64,000 nucleotides of DNA from Bryobacterales bacterium. GTDB taxonomy: Bacteria; Acidobacteriota; Terriglobia; Bryobacterales; UBA6623. A model generated the notes under the pieces. It did no database searches. It was not told where the DNA came from and saw only the letters and a program-made list of their open reading frames with translations. The stretch spans positions 1 to 64,000 of the forward strand of contig OY729428.2 of the NCBI GenBank assembly GCA_963422375.2, written 5' to 3'. This document shows positions 26,764 to 37,412 of the stretch, piece after piece. Positions within the stretch are counted from its first letter, which is position 1. Each line of letters opens with the position of its first letter. The translations under genes and the position numbers were made by a program.

Positions 26764-29430
26764 GTGGTTCTCCGTGCTCGGCTCCGCGGGTGGGCGGGCG
26801 CATCGGGATTCCGAGCGGGGCTCCGGCCGCTGTGCATGGCGGTCACTCTGGCCGCGACCGTCGGCGCCGAACCGCAGACTCGCCCGGCGCCGACCGGTCC
26901 GATGGCCGGCTTTCCCGGGCCCGAGGTCGAGACCGTGCGGCTCCGCGGCGGCGGGGAGACCTATTTCCGGGGGCGGCTGCTCCGTTACGAAGTGATTGAC
27001 GGGCTGGCCATCCACGGCGGGGACATGGTTCTGGGCAGCGCCGCGGATGTTTCCGTCGCGGCGCGAATGAGCGGACCGTCCAAGGCCGTTCGGCCACCGC
27101 ACGCCCCGCGACGCGATCTGTCGGCTGTGGACGCGCGATATCTGTGGCCGGACGGAGTCGTGCCATTCGTGATCGACCGCGGCGTAACCGGCAAGTCCAA
27201 GCGCACGATCCTTGACGGAATCGCCCATTGGAACGAAAGGACAGTCATCCGGCTGGTGGAGCGAGTTGGCGAGACCGATTACGTGAGGTTTCGGGCGAAG
27301 CCGCGCGGCATCTGCAGCGGGGACGTGGGCCGCGTCGGCGGGGCCCAGTCTGTCAATATCCCGCCCAACGGGTGCAACCTCGCCTCGGTCATTCATGAAA
27401 TCGGCCACGCTGTCGGCCTGTGGCACGAGCACCAGCGGGAGGACCGCGACGGGTATGTCTCGGTTCTCTTCGAGAACCTATCCGGGCTCGGCAAGTTCTG
27501 GTATGCGGCCACGCACCCCTCGACCGGGCCGTACGATTACGCCTCCGTCATGCACTACCCGACCAACTCCTTTTCCACGAACCGCAGGCAGACGATGGAG
27601 ACGGTCCCTCCGGGAATGGGCATTCCTTACTCCGGTCTTTCGGCCGGCGACATCGACGGCGTGGCCAAGCTGTACGGCCGACCGTCCGCGATGACGACGG
27701 TTTCCACGAATCCGCCCGGCCTGGAGCTCATCGTGGACGGGCAGCGGGTGACGGCTCCGAACAGCTTCCGCTGGCATCCCGGCAGCGAGCACGTGATCGA
27801 GGCACCGCTTGCGCAGCTGGCCCCCGAAGAGCCTCAGACGCGCTACGTCTTCGGGCGCTGGAACGACCACGACGGAGGAGCGAGCTATGCCTTCACGGCG
27901 CGCCCCGACAGGACTTGGATCGAGGCGAACTTCATCGTTCAGCATCAAGTCCTGACCGATCCCGATTCCCCGTTTTCCGGCGCCGTCGCAGCGAGCCCAC
28001 CGTCACCGGACAACTTCTACACGGCCCGCTCCGCAGTCACGGTGTCGGCGGACCCGCGCGGCCAGTACAAGTTCCTGTGGTGGGGCGGCGAGTCGAAGTG
28101 GGCCTATGAACAGCACGGGGTGTCGACGAATCCGGCACCGTTCGAGGTAACTCGACCGGCCTACTATCAAGCCGTCTTCACATCGAGCCCGCTCTTCACG
28201 ATCAGGGCGTCGGCCGGACCAGTCCGAGTCGACCTAGACACCTGGTGGAACTACACTCCGATCAACCTCGCAGCGAAATGGCACCGCCAAGGAGTGACCG
28301 TGGCCATCGCCGACCGCCTAGACGTGCTGGGCAGGAGATTCCGCTTCGAAGGTTGGAGCGACGGCAAGGCGCGATCGCACCGGGTTGAGATCGCCTCCGG
28401 CGGGGGGAGTCTCGTCGCCAGCGTAGTCGAGCAGCACCGGCTGTGGGCGCGCGCGGTGCCGGAAGGTGCCGGCACTGTCTCGGTGCATGGCTCGCACGAC
28501 GGCGCGCTGCACGATCACGGCACGTCGGTCACGGTCACGGCGGACCCGGCACCTGGCTGGCAGTTCGCGGAATGGACGGGGGACGCGGCCGGCGAATTGG
28601 CCGCTCGGCCGATCTATGTTGACGCGCAGAAGTATGTCGCGGCGGTGTTCACGCGGAGCGAGCGCCTGTCTCCCGGATATGATAGACACCTCAGATTCCC
28701 GCCGTCCCGCCTGCCCTTCCAGACATTAATCAACGAGGACGGCTTCCGGGTCTACGTGCCGCGGGATGCCACCCGATTGACGCTTACGTTCAAGGCGGCG
28801 GCGCCCGGGTCGGAAGTCGACCTACACGCACGACACCGGCAGTGGCTGGGGTGGGCCTACGCGGCTGACGGTAGGACCCCGGTGATCGACGCCGACTTCT
28901 CGTCCGCCAAGCCGGGTTCGGACGAGACGATCACGGTCACGCCGTACTCCACTCCGCCGCTGGAGGAGGGAGTCTTCTACATCGGACTGGTGTCGCACAG
29001 GCCGGCGGTCGAGGTGCAAGGGACTCTCCGGGCGCAGATCCGGCGCGACAGCGAAGCCAGGCCGTATTCGCTGATGGTGACTCCGAGGGCGCTGACCTTC
29101 GTCTCGCCGGAGGGGGCCGACCCTGCCCCGCAGGTAGCGGCGCTGCAGCAGGGGAGCGCGCTGCCGACAACCGTGGCGGTCGACTCGAAGCACGGCTGGC
29201 TCGCGGTCTCGCCCGGCCGTCCGACACTGGTTCCCGGCGCGCCGGCCGCGGTGTCGGTCTCGGCCAGCACGGCGGGACTGGCTCCGGGAGCCTACCGGGG
29301 CTCGATCGATTTGCGGGTCGGCGGCGAGAGGCAGGCCGACGGGGCGGGCCCCCGTGCCGAGGCGGCGGAGATTCGGGTGAATTTGGTCGTGATTCCGGCT
29401 GACTGGCACACCGTCGAGAGCGGTCAATAG
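26764..29430 (+). CDS. Astacin-family (M12A) metalloprotease with InlB-B-like repeats, PPC-like and BACON-like C-terminal domains
   Basis: HEIGHAVGLWHEHQREDRD, Met-turn SVMHY, propeptide GLAIHGGDMVLG. Repeats F..W(S/T)(D/G)(G/D), GWQFAEWTGD, and terminal WLAVSP...GLAPGAYRGSI. Start uncertain (26764 or 26836). Confidence 0.88.
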   Translation: MVLRARLRGWAGASGFRAGLRPLCMAVTLAATVGAEPQTRPAPTGPMAGFPGPEVETVRLRGGGETYFRGRLLRYEVIDGLAIHGGDMVLGSAADVSVAARMSGPSKAVRPPHAPRRDLSAVDARYLWPDGVVPFVIDRGVTGKSKRTILDGIAHWNERTVIRLVERVGETDYVRFRAKPRGICSGDVGRVGGAQSVNIPPNGCNLASVIHEIGHAVGLWHEHQREDRDGYVSVLFENLSGLGKFWYAATHPSTGPYDYASVMHYPTNSFSTNRRQTMETVPPGMGIPYSGLSAGDIDGVAKLYGRPSAMTTVSTNPPGLELIVDGQRVTAPNSFRWHPGSEHVIEAPLAQLAPEEPQTRYVFGRWNDHDGGASYAFTARPDRTWIEANFIVQHQVLTDPDSPFSGAVAASPPSPDNFYTARSAVTVSADPRGQYKFLWWGGESKWAYEQHGVSTNPAPFEVTRPAYYQAVFTSSPLFTIRASAGPVRVDLDTWWNYTPINLAAKWHRQGVTVAIADRLDVLGRRFRFEGWSDGKARSHRVEIASGGGSLVASVVEQHRLWARAVPEGAGTVSVHGSHDGALHDHGTSVTVTADPAPGWQFAEWTGDAAGELAARPIYVDAQKYVAAVFTRSERLSPGYDRHLRFPPSRLPFQTLINEDGFRVYVPRDATRLTLTFKAAAPGSEVDLHARHRQWLGWAYAADGRTPVIDADFSSAKPGSDETITVTPYSTPPLEEGVFYIGLVSHRPAVEVQGTLRAQIRRDSEARPYSLMVTPRALTFVSPEGADPAPQVAALQQGSALPTTVAVDSKHGWLAVSPGRPTLVPGAPAAVSVSASTAGLAPGAYRGSIDLRVGGERQADGAGPRAEAAEIRVNLVVIPADWHTVESGQ

Positions 29431-29693
29431 TCCGGGCACTCCGGGCGAATCGGGGTGCAGGCATCCTCGGCTCCGTGCCATCGGTCCTTGGAGTCGCTCG
29501 CACTCTGAAGAATCCCGGGTCCGCCGCGGCCGACAGCGCGGGAATTCCGGCCGGGCGACACTCGTCGAGTTGGACCTGACGTCAGGGCACTGCCGATGAA
29601 CTCTGGTCGGGCGGGACGCGCGCACCGGACCGGCGAGGTCGCGTCCATCTCGCTCCCCGCCGCCGACTCGCACCCGCATTCTTGGGAGCGCCG

Positions 29694-29730
29694 GCCCTAG
29701 CCCGCATTCGTGAATAATGCGGGCTAGGGC
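29694..29730. repeat. Perfect 15-bp inverted repeat containing a CTAG-flanked 23-bp core
   Basis: GCCCTAGCCCGCATT-CGTGAAT-AATGCGGGCTAGGGC. Confidence 0.8.
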
Positions 29731-30551
29731 AAGCGCTGGCACGGAGCTAAGACGGGCTACAACGGGGAGCGGGAGTACTGGCTGCACGCGGCGTTCTCGG
29801 CCGGGGCTAGGGCCAGCGGGCGGCCGAACGAAGGGTCCGCGGACGTCAAGGGGGGCTGGCAGGAGCAGCTGGAAGAGGATGTCGCTGCGCTGCTCGGCGA
29901 CCTCCCCGTCTGGGCGCGTGCCGATCGTGCCTACTATTTCAAGGGCTTGCCGGCATGGTGCCGCCAGCGCGGCTGGGACTACTCCATCAGCGTCACGGGC
30001 CCTCGCAAGAAGGAGCCGGTGCTGCGGATCGTCCGGGACATGGAGCTGGAGGACTGCGAGTGGCAGGACCTCGAGCCGGGCACCTTGGTGTACTACCGGC
30101 CGTCGGCATGGCAGGAGACGGAAGTCTACTTGGTCGCTCGGCTGTTGCGCGAGGACGATCGGATGCTGCTGGAACCGCGCTACACGGTGATTCCGGTGAG
30201 CCTGGACAAATTCCGGCGGGCGAGCTGGCGAAGCGCCACCGCGCCTAGCAGGGGCAAGAGAACGCCTTCAAGGGCCCGCTGACCGACCCGGGCCTGCACA
30301 ATCCGCCTTCGAAAGTACATCCGGCAAACCGGACCTTCTGCGCCGGCGGGCAGATCGCGGAGCTGTTGCTGCTGGTGGCGCAATGCCAGTTGCTGCCGGA
30401 CAGATCGCGGAAGCACGGGCTGGGGCCGTTGATCCGCTACTTCGTGCGCGCGATGGGCCGCAGCGGTCAGCGCCTCAAGGTGTTGTTCGCTGGCAGCAAT
30501 TTCTGCCTGTACTGGCTGCGGCACGCGGGCAAGCGGCTGGAGCAGGCCTAG
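29728..30551 (+). pseudogene. IS1380-family transposase fragment
   Basis: GKRWHGAKTGYNGEREYWLHA..., PVWARADRAYY..., WDYSISVT, RHRA*QGQENAFKG; 5' part missing and several disruptions. Confidence 0.7.
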
Positions 30552-30827
30552 ACCAGGCCCGCGCACCGGGGCGGATAGCAACCGCGGGACTAGCCGGGAC
30601 GGGACGGCTGCGTCCCGTGGAGGGGCCTCGCCGGATCGGCGGACCGGGGCACCGCCTCAGTCGTCCGCGACCGGCCTCGGAAGCCCGTCAAGCCGACGGT
30701 TTCGCGCGCCGTAGCGGCACCGTCCGCACAGTACCTGCACCCATGAGGGTGACCAAGTCAAGAAATCTGAGCCGCGCCGGGATGGACCGGGGATCAGGGC
30801 AGTGGACCGCCCCCGGCCCATGAATGC

Positions 30828-30836
30828 TGCTACACT
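30828..30836 (+). promoter_or_regulatory. Putative extended -10 promoter of erpA
   Basis: TGcTACACT about 35 nt upstream of the ATG; RBS GAGGAG follows. Confidence 0.45.
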
Positions 30837-30870
30837 GAATCTTGTTCTACGAGCGAGGAGAACACGCACC

Positions 30871-31194
30871 ATGATCCAGATGACCGAAATGGCCGTGTCC
30901 AAGGTGAACGAGATTCTCAACCAGCAGGAACCCAAGCCCGAGGGCCTGCGGCTGTCCGTCGTGGGAGGCGGCTGCTCCGGCTTCCAGTATTCGATGGCCT
31001 TAGAGAACAACCAGCTGCCCCTCGACAAGGTCTACGACTACGACGGTCTCAAGGTCTTCGTGGACCAGGCCAGCCTCCTGTACCTGGACAACTGCCGCGT
31101 AGACTACATCGAGTCCATGGAAGGGGCGGGCTTCAAGTTCGACAACCCGAACGTGACGTCCACCTGCGGCTGCGGCAGCTCGTTCAACGCGTAG
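30871..31194 (+). CDS. erpA: A-type Fe-S cluster carrier (ErpA/IscA, HesB family)
   Basis: LRLSVVGGGCSGFQY, GFKFDNPN, TCGCGSSF; RBS GAGGAG. Confidence 0.9.
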   Translation: MIQMTEMAVSKVNEILNQQEPKPEGLRLSVVGGGCSGFQYSMALENNQLPLDKVYDYDGLKVFVDQASLLYLDNCRVDYIESMEGAGFKFDNPNVTSTCGCGSSFNA

Positions 31195-31231
31195 CCGGAC
31201 CGCCCGGCGCGGGGGCCTCGCAGGCGGTTCG

Positions 31232-31795
31232 TTGGCGTCGATCGCGGATTGGGACCGGAAGCACCGGGCCGCCGGAACCCTGCCCGAGCCGGACGGCCTT
31301 CTCGAGGAGGCCCGAGCCCATCTGCCGGCACGCGCCGGGGGCCTTGCAGCGGACATCGCCTGCGGCAGCGGGCGCCATGCGGTCCGCATGGCCAGCTGGG
31401 GCCTGAGGGCTCTCGCGATCGACTTCTCGGAGGAGGCCCTGCGACTGTGCCGCGAGCGGGCGGAGGCAGCGGGCGTGAGCGTCGACACGCAGCAGCTTGA
31501 CCTGGAAGACCCCGCTGTCGATCTCGGCTGTGACCGCTTCGACGCCGTGACGGTGTTCAACTTCCTCCATCGGCCGCTCGTGCCCGTGCTGAAGCGCTGC
31601 GTCAGGCGCGGCGGCATCGTCATCTACAAGACCTTCACCCGGCAGCAGATCCGCTTCGCTGCCGGACCGCGAAGCCCCCGGTACCTGCTCCGCAGCAACG
31701 AGCTGGGGGAGCTCTTCTCCGACTTCCGGCACATCGTGTATCGCGAATCATGCGCATCCGAAGCCACGGCGGCTCTCGTCGCTCGGCGGCCCTGA
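31232..31795 (+). CDS. Class I SAM-dependent methyltransferase (TehB-like)
   Basis: ADIACGSGRHA, AIDFS, FNFLHR, YLLRSNEL. Confidence 0.8.
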   Translation: MASIADWDRKHRAAGTLPEPDGLLEEARAHLPARAGGLAADIACGSGRHAVRMASWGLRALAIDFSEEALRLCRERAEAAGVSVDTQQLDLEDPAVDLGCDRFDAVTVFNFLHRPLVPVLKRCVRRGGIVIYKTFTRQQIRFAAGPRSPRYLLRSNELGELFSDFRHIVYRESCASEATAALVARRP

Positions 31796-33654
31796 CGGCG
31801 CTCGCCCTCGCCGTCTGCGCGCTGCAGGACCCGGTCGCCGGCCAGGGAACGGCCGGAAGCGGGCCGGAGGCCGGCGCCAGGCTGCCCACCGGGCAGCGGA
31901 TCACTCCGGCCGGAAGGCAGGTGCCGGTGGGCAGCATGCCGATAGCGGCGGACCTCTCCCCGGACGGGCGCTACCTGGCCGTGCTCCAAGCCGGCTACGA
32001 GACCCCCTCGCTCAGCGTGCTCGAAGTCGAGAGCGGCACCCTCGCGAACCGAATCGAACTGCCCGACGCATGGCTCGGCCTGACCTTCCACGTCTCCGGC
32101 GACCGGCTCTACGCGAGCGGCGGCGGGCGCTCCAGCGTCTGGGAGATTTCGTTCCGGGACGGCATCGCGCGGATCGAGCGCGAGTTCCCCCTGCCCCGGC
32201 CGTGCGAAGGCCGCTGCGACGCCCTGATCGGAGATCTGCGCTTCGACGCTGACGGCAGGATGCTCTACGCCCTGGACGTGCTGGGCGATCGTGCAGTGAT
32301 CGTCAACACGCAGTCAGGCCTCGTCCTGGGCGAGTTCCGCACGGGCGCGGCGCCCTACCGCGCCAGGCTGGCGCCCGACGGCAAGCACCTCGTGGTCAGC
32401 CACTGGGGCGAGGCATCCCTGGGGCTGTACCGCCTCTCGGACCGCCGCCTCGTGGAGCGCATTCCGGTCGGGGAGCATCCGACCGACCTCCTCGTGGTGC
32501 CGGGCAGCGTCCGCGCGCTCGGCAGCGGCCGCGCGGGCGACGAGGAGCGCAGTTACCCGGCCCGCCTCTTCGCGGCCTGCGCGCACTCCGACAACCTGTG
32601 GACATTCGGCATCGCGGACAGCGGGCGCTTCGACCTGCTCGACGTGCGCAGCGTCGCGCCGTTTCCCGGCTCCCCCCTCGGATCGCTCCCCTCGGCGCTG
32701 GGCGCCAGCGCCGACCGCAGCGCGCTGTACGTCGCCAACGCCGGGAACAACGCGCTGCTCGTCGCCGACATCTCGGAGGCCCTGCCGGAGCTGAGCGGGG
32801 CGATCCCCACGGGGTGGTTCCCGACCGCCGCCGTGGGCCTGCCCGGCGGGGGCCTGGCCAGCCTCAGCGGCAAGGGCGACGGCCAGCGCGGCGGGCTGGT
32901 CTCCATCCTGCCGGCTCTCGACTTCCGGCAGGCGGCGGCCCTCAGCGCGGCCGCCGTGGCCAACCTGCCGAGCCCGCGCTCGGTGACCGCCGATCCGCCC
33001 GAGGCGGCGGACCACGTCTTGCTGGCCCTCGCGGACGCGAGCGGCGAGTCCTGGGAAGAGGCGCTCGGCGAGGCGGCGTTCCTTCCTGGTTACGCCCCCC
33101 CGGCCCGCGGGAAGCTCGGCCAGCTCGCCTGGCTAACAGGCGGCATGGAGACCGACTTCTTCGCAAAGCTCGCGCCGGCCGCCGCCTCCGGACGGCTGAC
33201 CGAGAGGGCCCTCGCCGCGGCGGGCAGGGCCGCGCGGGCAGCGGCCGGAACGCTCTGGTCGAACGCGGCGGACGCGTCCGTGCCCATCGCGCGGTACGGC
33301 ATCGGCGGCGGACGCCCCGTCGAAGCGTTTCTCGCCGAGCTCGAGCGCGGCGGGGCGCTGGCACGCCTGACCGTGGCCCGCCTGGCGGGCACCTCCGACG
33401 ACATCGGCCGCCTCGCCAGCGCGTTCCGGGAGCATCCGGCCTACGAGCGGGCAGTCCTGTTCGCCGTCCCCGTCGGAAGCGGCTCCTCCGCAGCCGTGCT
33501 GGGCGGACCGGTCGCCTTCAAGGGAGCCCACGACGGTTTCGTCTCCGCCGCGTCCGTGCTGCGCACGATCGAGTGGATCCTGGGCCTGCGCCCCATGACG
33601 CAGTTCGACCTGGCGGCCCCGGCACTCGAGACGCTGTTCGCGCCGCTCCGGTGA
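31750..33654 (+). CDS. YncE-like beta-propeller protein with reduced alkaline-phosphatase-like C-terminal domain
   Basis: RLPTGQRITPAG, LSPDGR, VGEHPT, LYVANAGNN, GAIPTGWFPT; C-terminal SVLRTIEWILGLRPMTQFDLAA. Confidence 0.7.
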   Translation: MRIRSHGGSRRSAALTALALAVCALQDPVAGQGTAGSGPEAGARLPTGQRITPAGRQVPVGSMPIAADLSPDGRYLAVLQAGYETPSLSVLEVESGTLANRIELPDAWLGLTFHVSGDRLYASGGGRSSVWEISFRDGIARIEREFPLPRPCEGRCDALIGDLRFDADGRMLYALDVLGDRAVIVNTQSGLVLGEFRTGAAPYRARLAPDGKHLVVSHWGEASLGLYRLSDRRLVERIPVGEHPTDLLVVPGSVRALGSGRAGDEERSYPARLFAACAHSDNLWTFGIADSGRFDLLDVRSVAPFPGSPLGSLPSALGASADRSALYVANAGNNALLVADISEALPELSGAIPTGWFPTAAVGLPGGGLASLSGKGDGQRGGLVSILPALDFRQAAALSAAAVANLPSPRSVTADPPEAADHVLLALADASGESWEEALGEAAFLPGYAPPARGKLGQLAWLTGGMETDFFAKLAPAAASGRLTERALAAAGRAARAAAGTLWSNAADASVPIARYGIGGGRPVEAFLAELERGGALARLTVARLAGTSDDIGRLASAFREHPAYERAVLFAVPVGSGSSAAVLGGPVAFKGAHDGFVSAASVLRTIEWILGLRPMTQFDLAAPALETLFAPLR

Positions 33655-33742
33655 GAGCGGCGCCGTACGCGCCGCGGCCAGCGGGGGGACCGACTCGCGA
33701 GCCCCTGAGCGACACTAAGGAGAAAGCGACCCGCGAGCGCTC

Positions 33743-36700
33743 ATGAGCCGCCCCAGATTCCAGCGCGCCAAGCCGATCGTAGACTTTCCTGCCGCCGAGC
33801 GGGAGGTCAGCCGCTTCTGGGACGAGAACCGCGTTTTCGAGAAGAGCCTCGCCCAGCGCGAGGGAGCGCCGCCGTTCATCTTCAACGAGGGCCCGCCCAC
33901 CGCGAACGGCCTGCCGCACAACGGCCACGTCCTCACCCGCGTCTTCAAGGACGTGTTCCTGCGCTACCGCACCATGGCGGGCCGCTGGGTCCCGCGCAAG
34001 GCCGGCTGGGACACCCACGGACTCCCCGTGGAGGTGGAGGTCGAGAAGGAGCTCGGCATCCACGGCAAGCACGCCATCGAGGAGTACGGCGTCGAGCGCT
34101 TCGTTCGCAAGTGCATGGACTCGGTCTTCCGCTACACCGAGGAGTGGGAGCGCATGACGCGCCGGGTGGGCTTCTGGGTCGACCTCTCGGACGCGTACGT
34201 CACCTATCACAAGTCCTACGTCGAGAGCGTCTGGTGGGCGCTGGCGCAGCTGTACCGGCAGAACCTGCTCTACCGCGGCCGCAAGATCGTGTGGTGGTGG
34301 CCCCAAGGCGGCACCGCGCTCTCGGCGGGGGAGGTCGGACTCGGCTACAAGACGGTCGAGGACCCCTCCGTCTACGTGGCCTGCCCGCTGGCGGACGAGC
34401 CCACCGTTTCCCTGCTGGTCTGGACGACCACGCCCTGGACGCTGCCGTCGAACCAGTACGTCGCGGTGCGCCCGGACTTCGAGTACGTCCAGGCGCGCTC
34501 CGCCGGCCGTTCTCTGATCCTGGCGGACGCCCTGCGCGAGACGCTGGCGCGGAAGCTCGGCGAGCCCCTGACCGTGGAGCGGCGATTCAGGGGAGCGGAC
34601 CTGCTCGGGCGCCGCTACCTGCCGCCGTTCGGCCACTTCCGCGGGCAGTACTGGGAGGCCGCGGGCGAGCTGCGCTCGGGCGGCCGCGAGCCCTACCTTT
34701 GGAAGGTCCTGGCCGGCGACTTCGTCACGCTCGACAGCGGCACGGGCCTCGTCCACGAAGCTCCCGCCTTCGGCGAGGTCGACTACGACCTGCACCTGCG
34801 CGCGGCGCAACGCTACCGGAACCCGGACGCGGCGCCCCTGCTGTGCCCCGTGCGACCCGACGGCACGTTCGACAGCAGCGTCGGCGAGGTCGCCGGACAG
34901 TGGGTCAAGGACGCCGACCGGACGCTGCTGCGCATGCTCGCGGAGAGCGGCGCGCTGGTCAGGAGGGAGAGCTGCCGGCACGAGTACCCGTTCTGCTGGC
35001 GCGCCAGCGACGACCCCCTCATCCAGTACGCGCGGCCCGCCTGGTTCGTCCGCACCACCGCCCGCAACCGCGAGGTCCTGGCCAACAACGACGCCATCAA
35101 CTGGCTGCCCGGGCACATCGGCAAGGGCCGCTTCGGCGATTTCCTGCGCAACAACGTCGACTGGGCGCTGTCGCGGGAGCGCTACTGGGGCACGCCCCTC
35201 AACGTGTGGATCAACGACCGCACCGGCACCGTGGCGATGCCCTCCTCGTGCTCCGAGATCCTCGCCCGTAACCCCGCCGCCTTCGATCACTTCCGCCAGG
35301 CCAAGGAGGCGGATCCCTCCCTCTCGGACCACCTCATGGTCCACAAGCCGTGGATCGACCAGGTGACCTGGACCGAGCCGGGCGAGCCCGGGGTCTACCG
35401 ACGCGTGCCGGAGGTCATCGACTGCTGGTTCGACTCGGGGTGCATGCCGTTCGCGCAATACGGCTACCCGCACCACGGCCGTGCCGAGTTCGAGGCACGC
35501 TTCCCCGCCGACTACATCACCGAGGCCATCGACCAGACACGGGGCTGGTTCTACTCGCAGCTGATGGTCTCCACGCTCGTCTTCGGCGAGCGGGGCGCCG
35601 GCGATACCGGCCTGCGACCCCCGAAGTACCCGCATCCCTTCCGCAACTGCATCGTGCTGGGGCACGTGGCCGACCCGAGCGGGAAGAAGGAGTCCAAGTC
35701 TCTCGGCAACTACACGCCGCCCGACTTGATCTTCGACGACGTGGCCCAGGTCTTCGCGGCGCGGTCCGACACCGACAGCGGCCGGCCCGCGGCCCCCGGC
35801 GAGGCCCTATTCTCGCGCGAGGATCTCGCGGCGCTGGACCTCAAGCCGGGCGATCCGGTGCGGCTCCGCGGCCCGAGCGGCAACGGGCCGGGCCGGCCGG
35901 CCGAGGCGCGGCCGGCCAAGGACCTGCCGCGCCGCTGCGTGCTGCTTTCCGCGGAGGACCTCAGGGCGCTCGGCACCCATCCGGTCCGGGTCGGCACCAG
36001 GGTCGGGCCCAACGACGTGCCGAGGCTGCCGGCGCGCGAGCGCGTCACCGTCAGCGTCCCGGCCCCGGCCCCGGGGGCCGACGCGTTCCGCTGGTTCTTC
36101 CTCGCGGGCAATCCGCCCTGGTCGCCGACCCGCCACTCGCTCGCCAACGTCCGCACGATCCAGAAGGAATTCCCCCTCAAGTTCCGCAACGTCTACTCGT
36201 TCCTCACCATCTACGCAGACATCGACGGGTTCGACCCCGCCTCGTCCCGGGGCCGGCCGGCGGCCGAGCGGGGCCTGCTCGACCGCTGGATCCTGTCCGA
36301 GCTCGACCTCCTCGCGGGCCGTCTGCGCTCCTTCATGGACAGCTTCCTGGCCTACGAGGCGGCCGGCGAGCTGAACCGCTTCGTCGACGGCCTCTCGAAC
36401 TGGTACCTACGCCGCAGCCGCGGGCGCTTCTGGAAGAGCGGCTTCGACGCGGACAAGGCCGACGCCTACGCCACGCTCTACGAATGCGTCGTCAGCGTGG
36501 CCAAGCTGTGCGCGGCCTTCACGCCCTTCATGGCCGAGGAGATCTACCAGAACGTGGTGCGCGGCGCCGGCGCGCCCGGCCCGGAAAGCGTGCATCTGTG
36601 CGACCTGCCCGCCAGCCGCGAGCGCGAGGACCTGGCGCTCTCGGAGGAAATGGCGGCCGTGCGCCGGATCGTCTCGCTGGGCCTGCGCGTGCGCACCGAG

Positions 36701-37387
36701 CGCCAGCTGAAGGTCCGCCAGCCGCTGCGCCGGGCCGAGGTCGTGGTGGCCGATCCGGCGCTGCGGCGGAGGGTCGAGCCCTACGCCGCGCTCGTCGAGG
36801 AGGAGCTCAACGTGCGGGAGGCGCGGTTCGTCGAGGGCCGGCAGGCCCACGTGCGCTACGTGGCGAAGCCCAATTTCCGGCGGCTCGGGCCCAGGCTCGG
36901 CAAGCGCGTCAAGCGGGCCAAGCGCGTCTTCGCCGGGCTCGACGCCGGGGCCCTGCGCAGCAGCCTGCTCGCGACCGGGCGGGCGGTCATCGACTTCGAC
37001 GGGGAGAGGCTGGAACTCGACAGCGACGACGTGCAGGTCAGCGTGGAGGCCGAGGAGCACTTCGCGGCGGCCGGCGACTCGGCCATGGTCGCCGTGCTCA
37101 GCACGGAGCTGGACCAAGACCTGCTCGACGAGGGCTTCTACCGCGAGCTGCTGCACCGCGTGCAGAACCTGCGCAAGGAAACCGACATCGAGTACACGCG
37201 CCGCGTGCGCCTCTCGCTGGAGGGCTCGGAGCGGGCGGCCCGCATCGTCGCCGCCCGTCGCGAGCACCTGATGGCCGAGACACTCTGCACGAGCCTGCGC
37301 GACCGCATCGCGGCCGGAGCGGCCGGCGTCGAGCGGCAGTTCGACATCGACGGAGAGCGCGTGCGCCTCGTCATGGAGCCGGTCTGA
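33743..37387 (+). CDS. ileS: Isoleucine--tRNA ligase, type 2 (IleRS2)
   Basis: [86 protein letters not shown]; IleRS2-type C-terminus (VRQPL, KPNF..LGP, EG..REL..RVQ.LRK). Confidence 0.96.
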   Translation: MSRPRFQRAKPIVDFPAAEREVSRFWDENRVFEKSLAQREGAPPFIFNEGPPTANGLPHNGHVLTRVFKDVFLRYRTMAGRWVPRKAGWDTHGLPVEVEVEKELGIHGKHAIEEYGVERFVRKCMDSVFRYTEEWERMTRRVGFWVDLSDAYVTYHKSYVESVWWALAQLYRQNLLYRGRKIVWWWPQGGTALSAGEVGLGYKTVEDPSVYVACPLADEPTVSLLVWTTTPWTLPSNQYVAVRPDFEYVQARSAGRSLILADALRETLARKLGEPLTVERRFRGADLLGRRYLPPFGHFRGQYWEAAGELRSGGREPYLWKVLAGDFVTLDSGTGLVHEAPAFGEVDYDLHLRAAQRYRNPDAAPLLCPVRPDGTFDSSVGEVAGQWVKDADRTLLRMLAESGALVRRESCRHEYPFCWRASDDPLIQYARPAWFVRTTARNREVLANNDAINWLPGHIGKGRFGDFLRNNVDWALSRERYWGTPLNVWINDRTGTVAMPSSCSEILARNPAAFDHFRQAKEADPSLSDHLMVHKPWIDQVTWTEPGEPGVYRRVPEVIDCWFDSGCMPFAQYGYPHHGRAEFEARFPADYITEAIDQTRGWFYSQLMVSTLVFGERGAGDTGLRPPKYPHPFRNCIVLGHVADPSGKKESKSLGNYTPPDLIFDDVAQVFAARSDTDSGRPAAPGEALFSREDLAALDLKPGDPVRLRGPSGNGPGRPAEARPAKDLPRRCVLLSAEDLRALGTHPVRVGTRVGPNDVPRLPARERVTVSVPAPAPGADAFRWFFLAGNPPWSPTRHSLANVRTIQKEFPLKFRNVYSFLTIYADIDGFDPASSRGRPAAERGLLDRWILSELDLLAGRLRSFMDSFLAYEAAGELNRFVDGLSNWYLRRSRGRFWKSGFDADKADAYATLYECVVSVAKLCAAFTPFMAEEIYQNVVRGAGAPGPESVHLCDLPASREREDLALSEEMAAVRRIVSLGLRVRTERQLKVRQPLRRAEVVVADPALRRRVEPYAALVEEELNVREARFVEGRQAHVRYVAKPNFRRLGPRLGKRVKRAKRVFAGLDAGALRSSLLATGRAVIDFDGERLELDSDDVQVSVEAEEHFAAAGDSAMVAVLSTELDQDLLDEGFYRELLHRVQNLRKETDIEYTRRVRLSLEGSERAARIVAARREHLMAETLCTSLRDRIAAGAAGVERQFDIDGERVRLVMEPV

Positions 37388-37412
37388 GCGCCGGGCACGG
37401 GGGCTCGCAGCG

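Noticed and set aside
33655..33742. T-box riboswitch upstream of ileS
   Set aside because: Only ~90 nt of intergenic space and no T-box antiterminator bulge sequence.
33917..33928. Mupirocin hyper-resistant GXHH/ALHH-type IleRS2 motif
   Set aside because: The motif is HNGH, i.e. the normal HXGH order.
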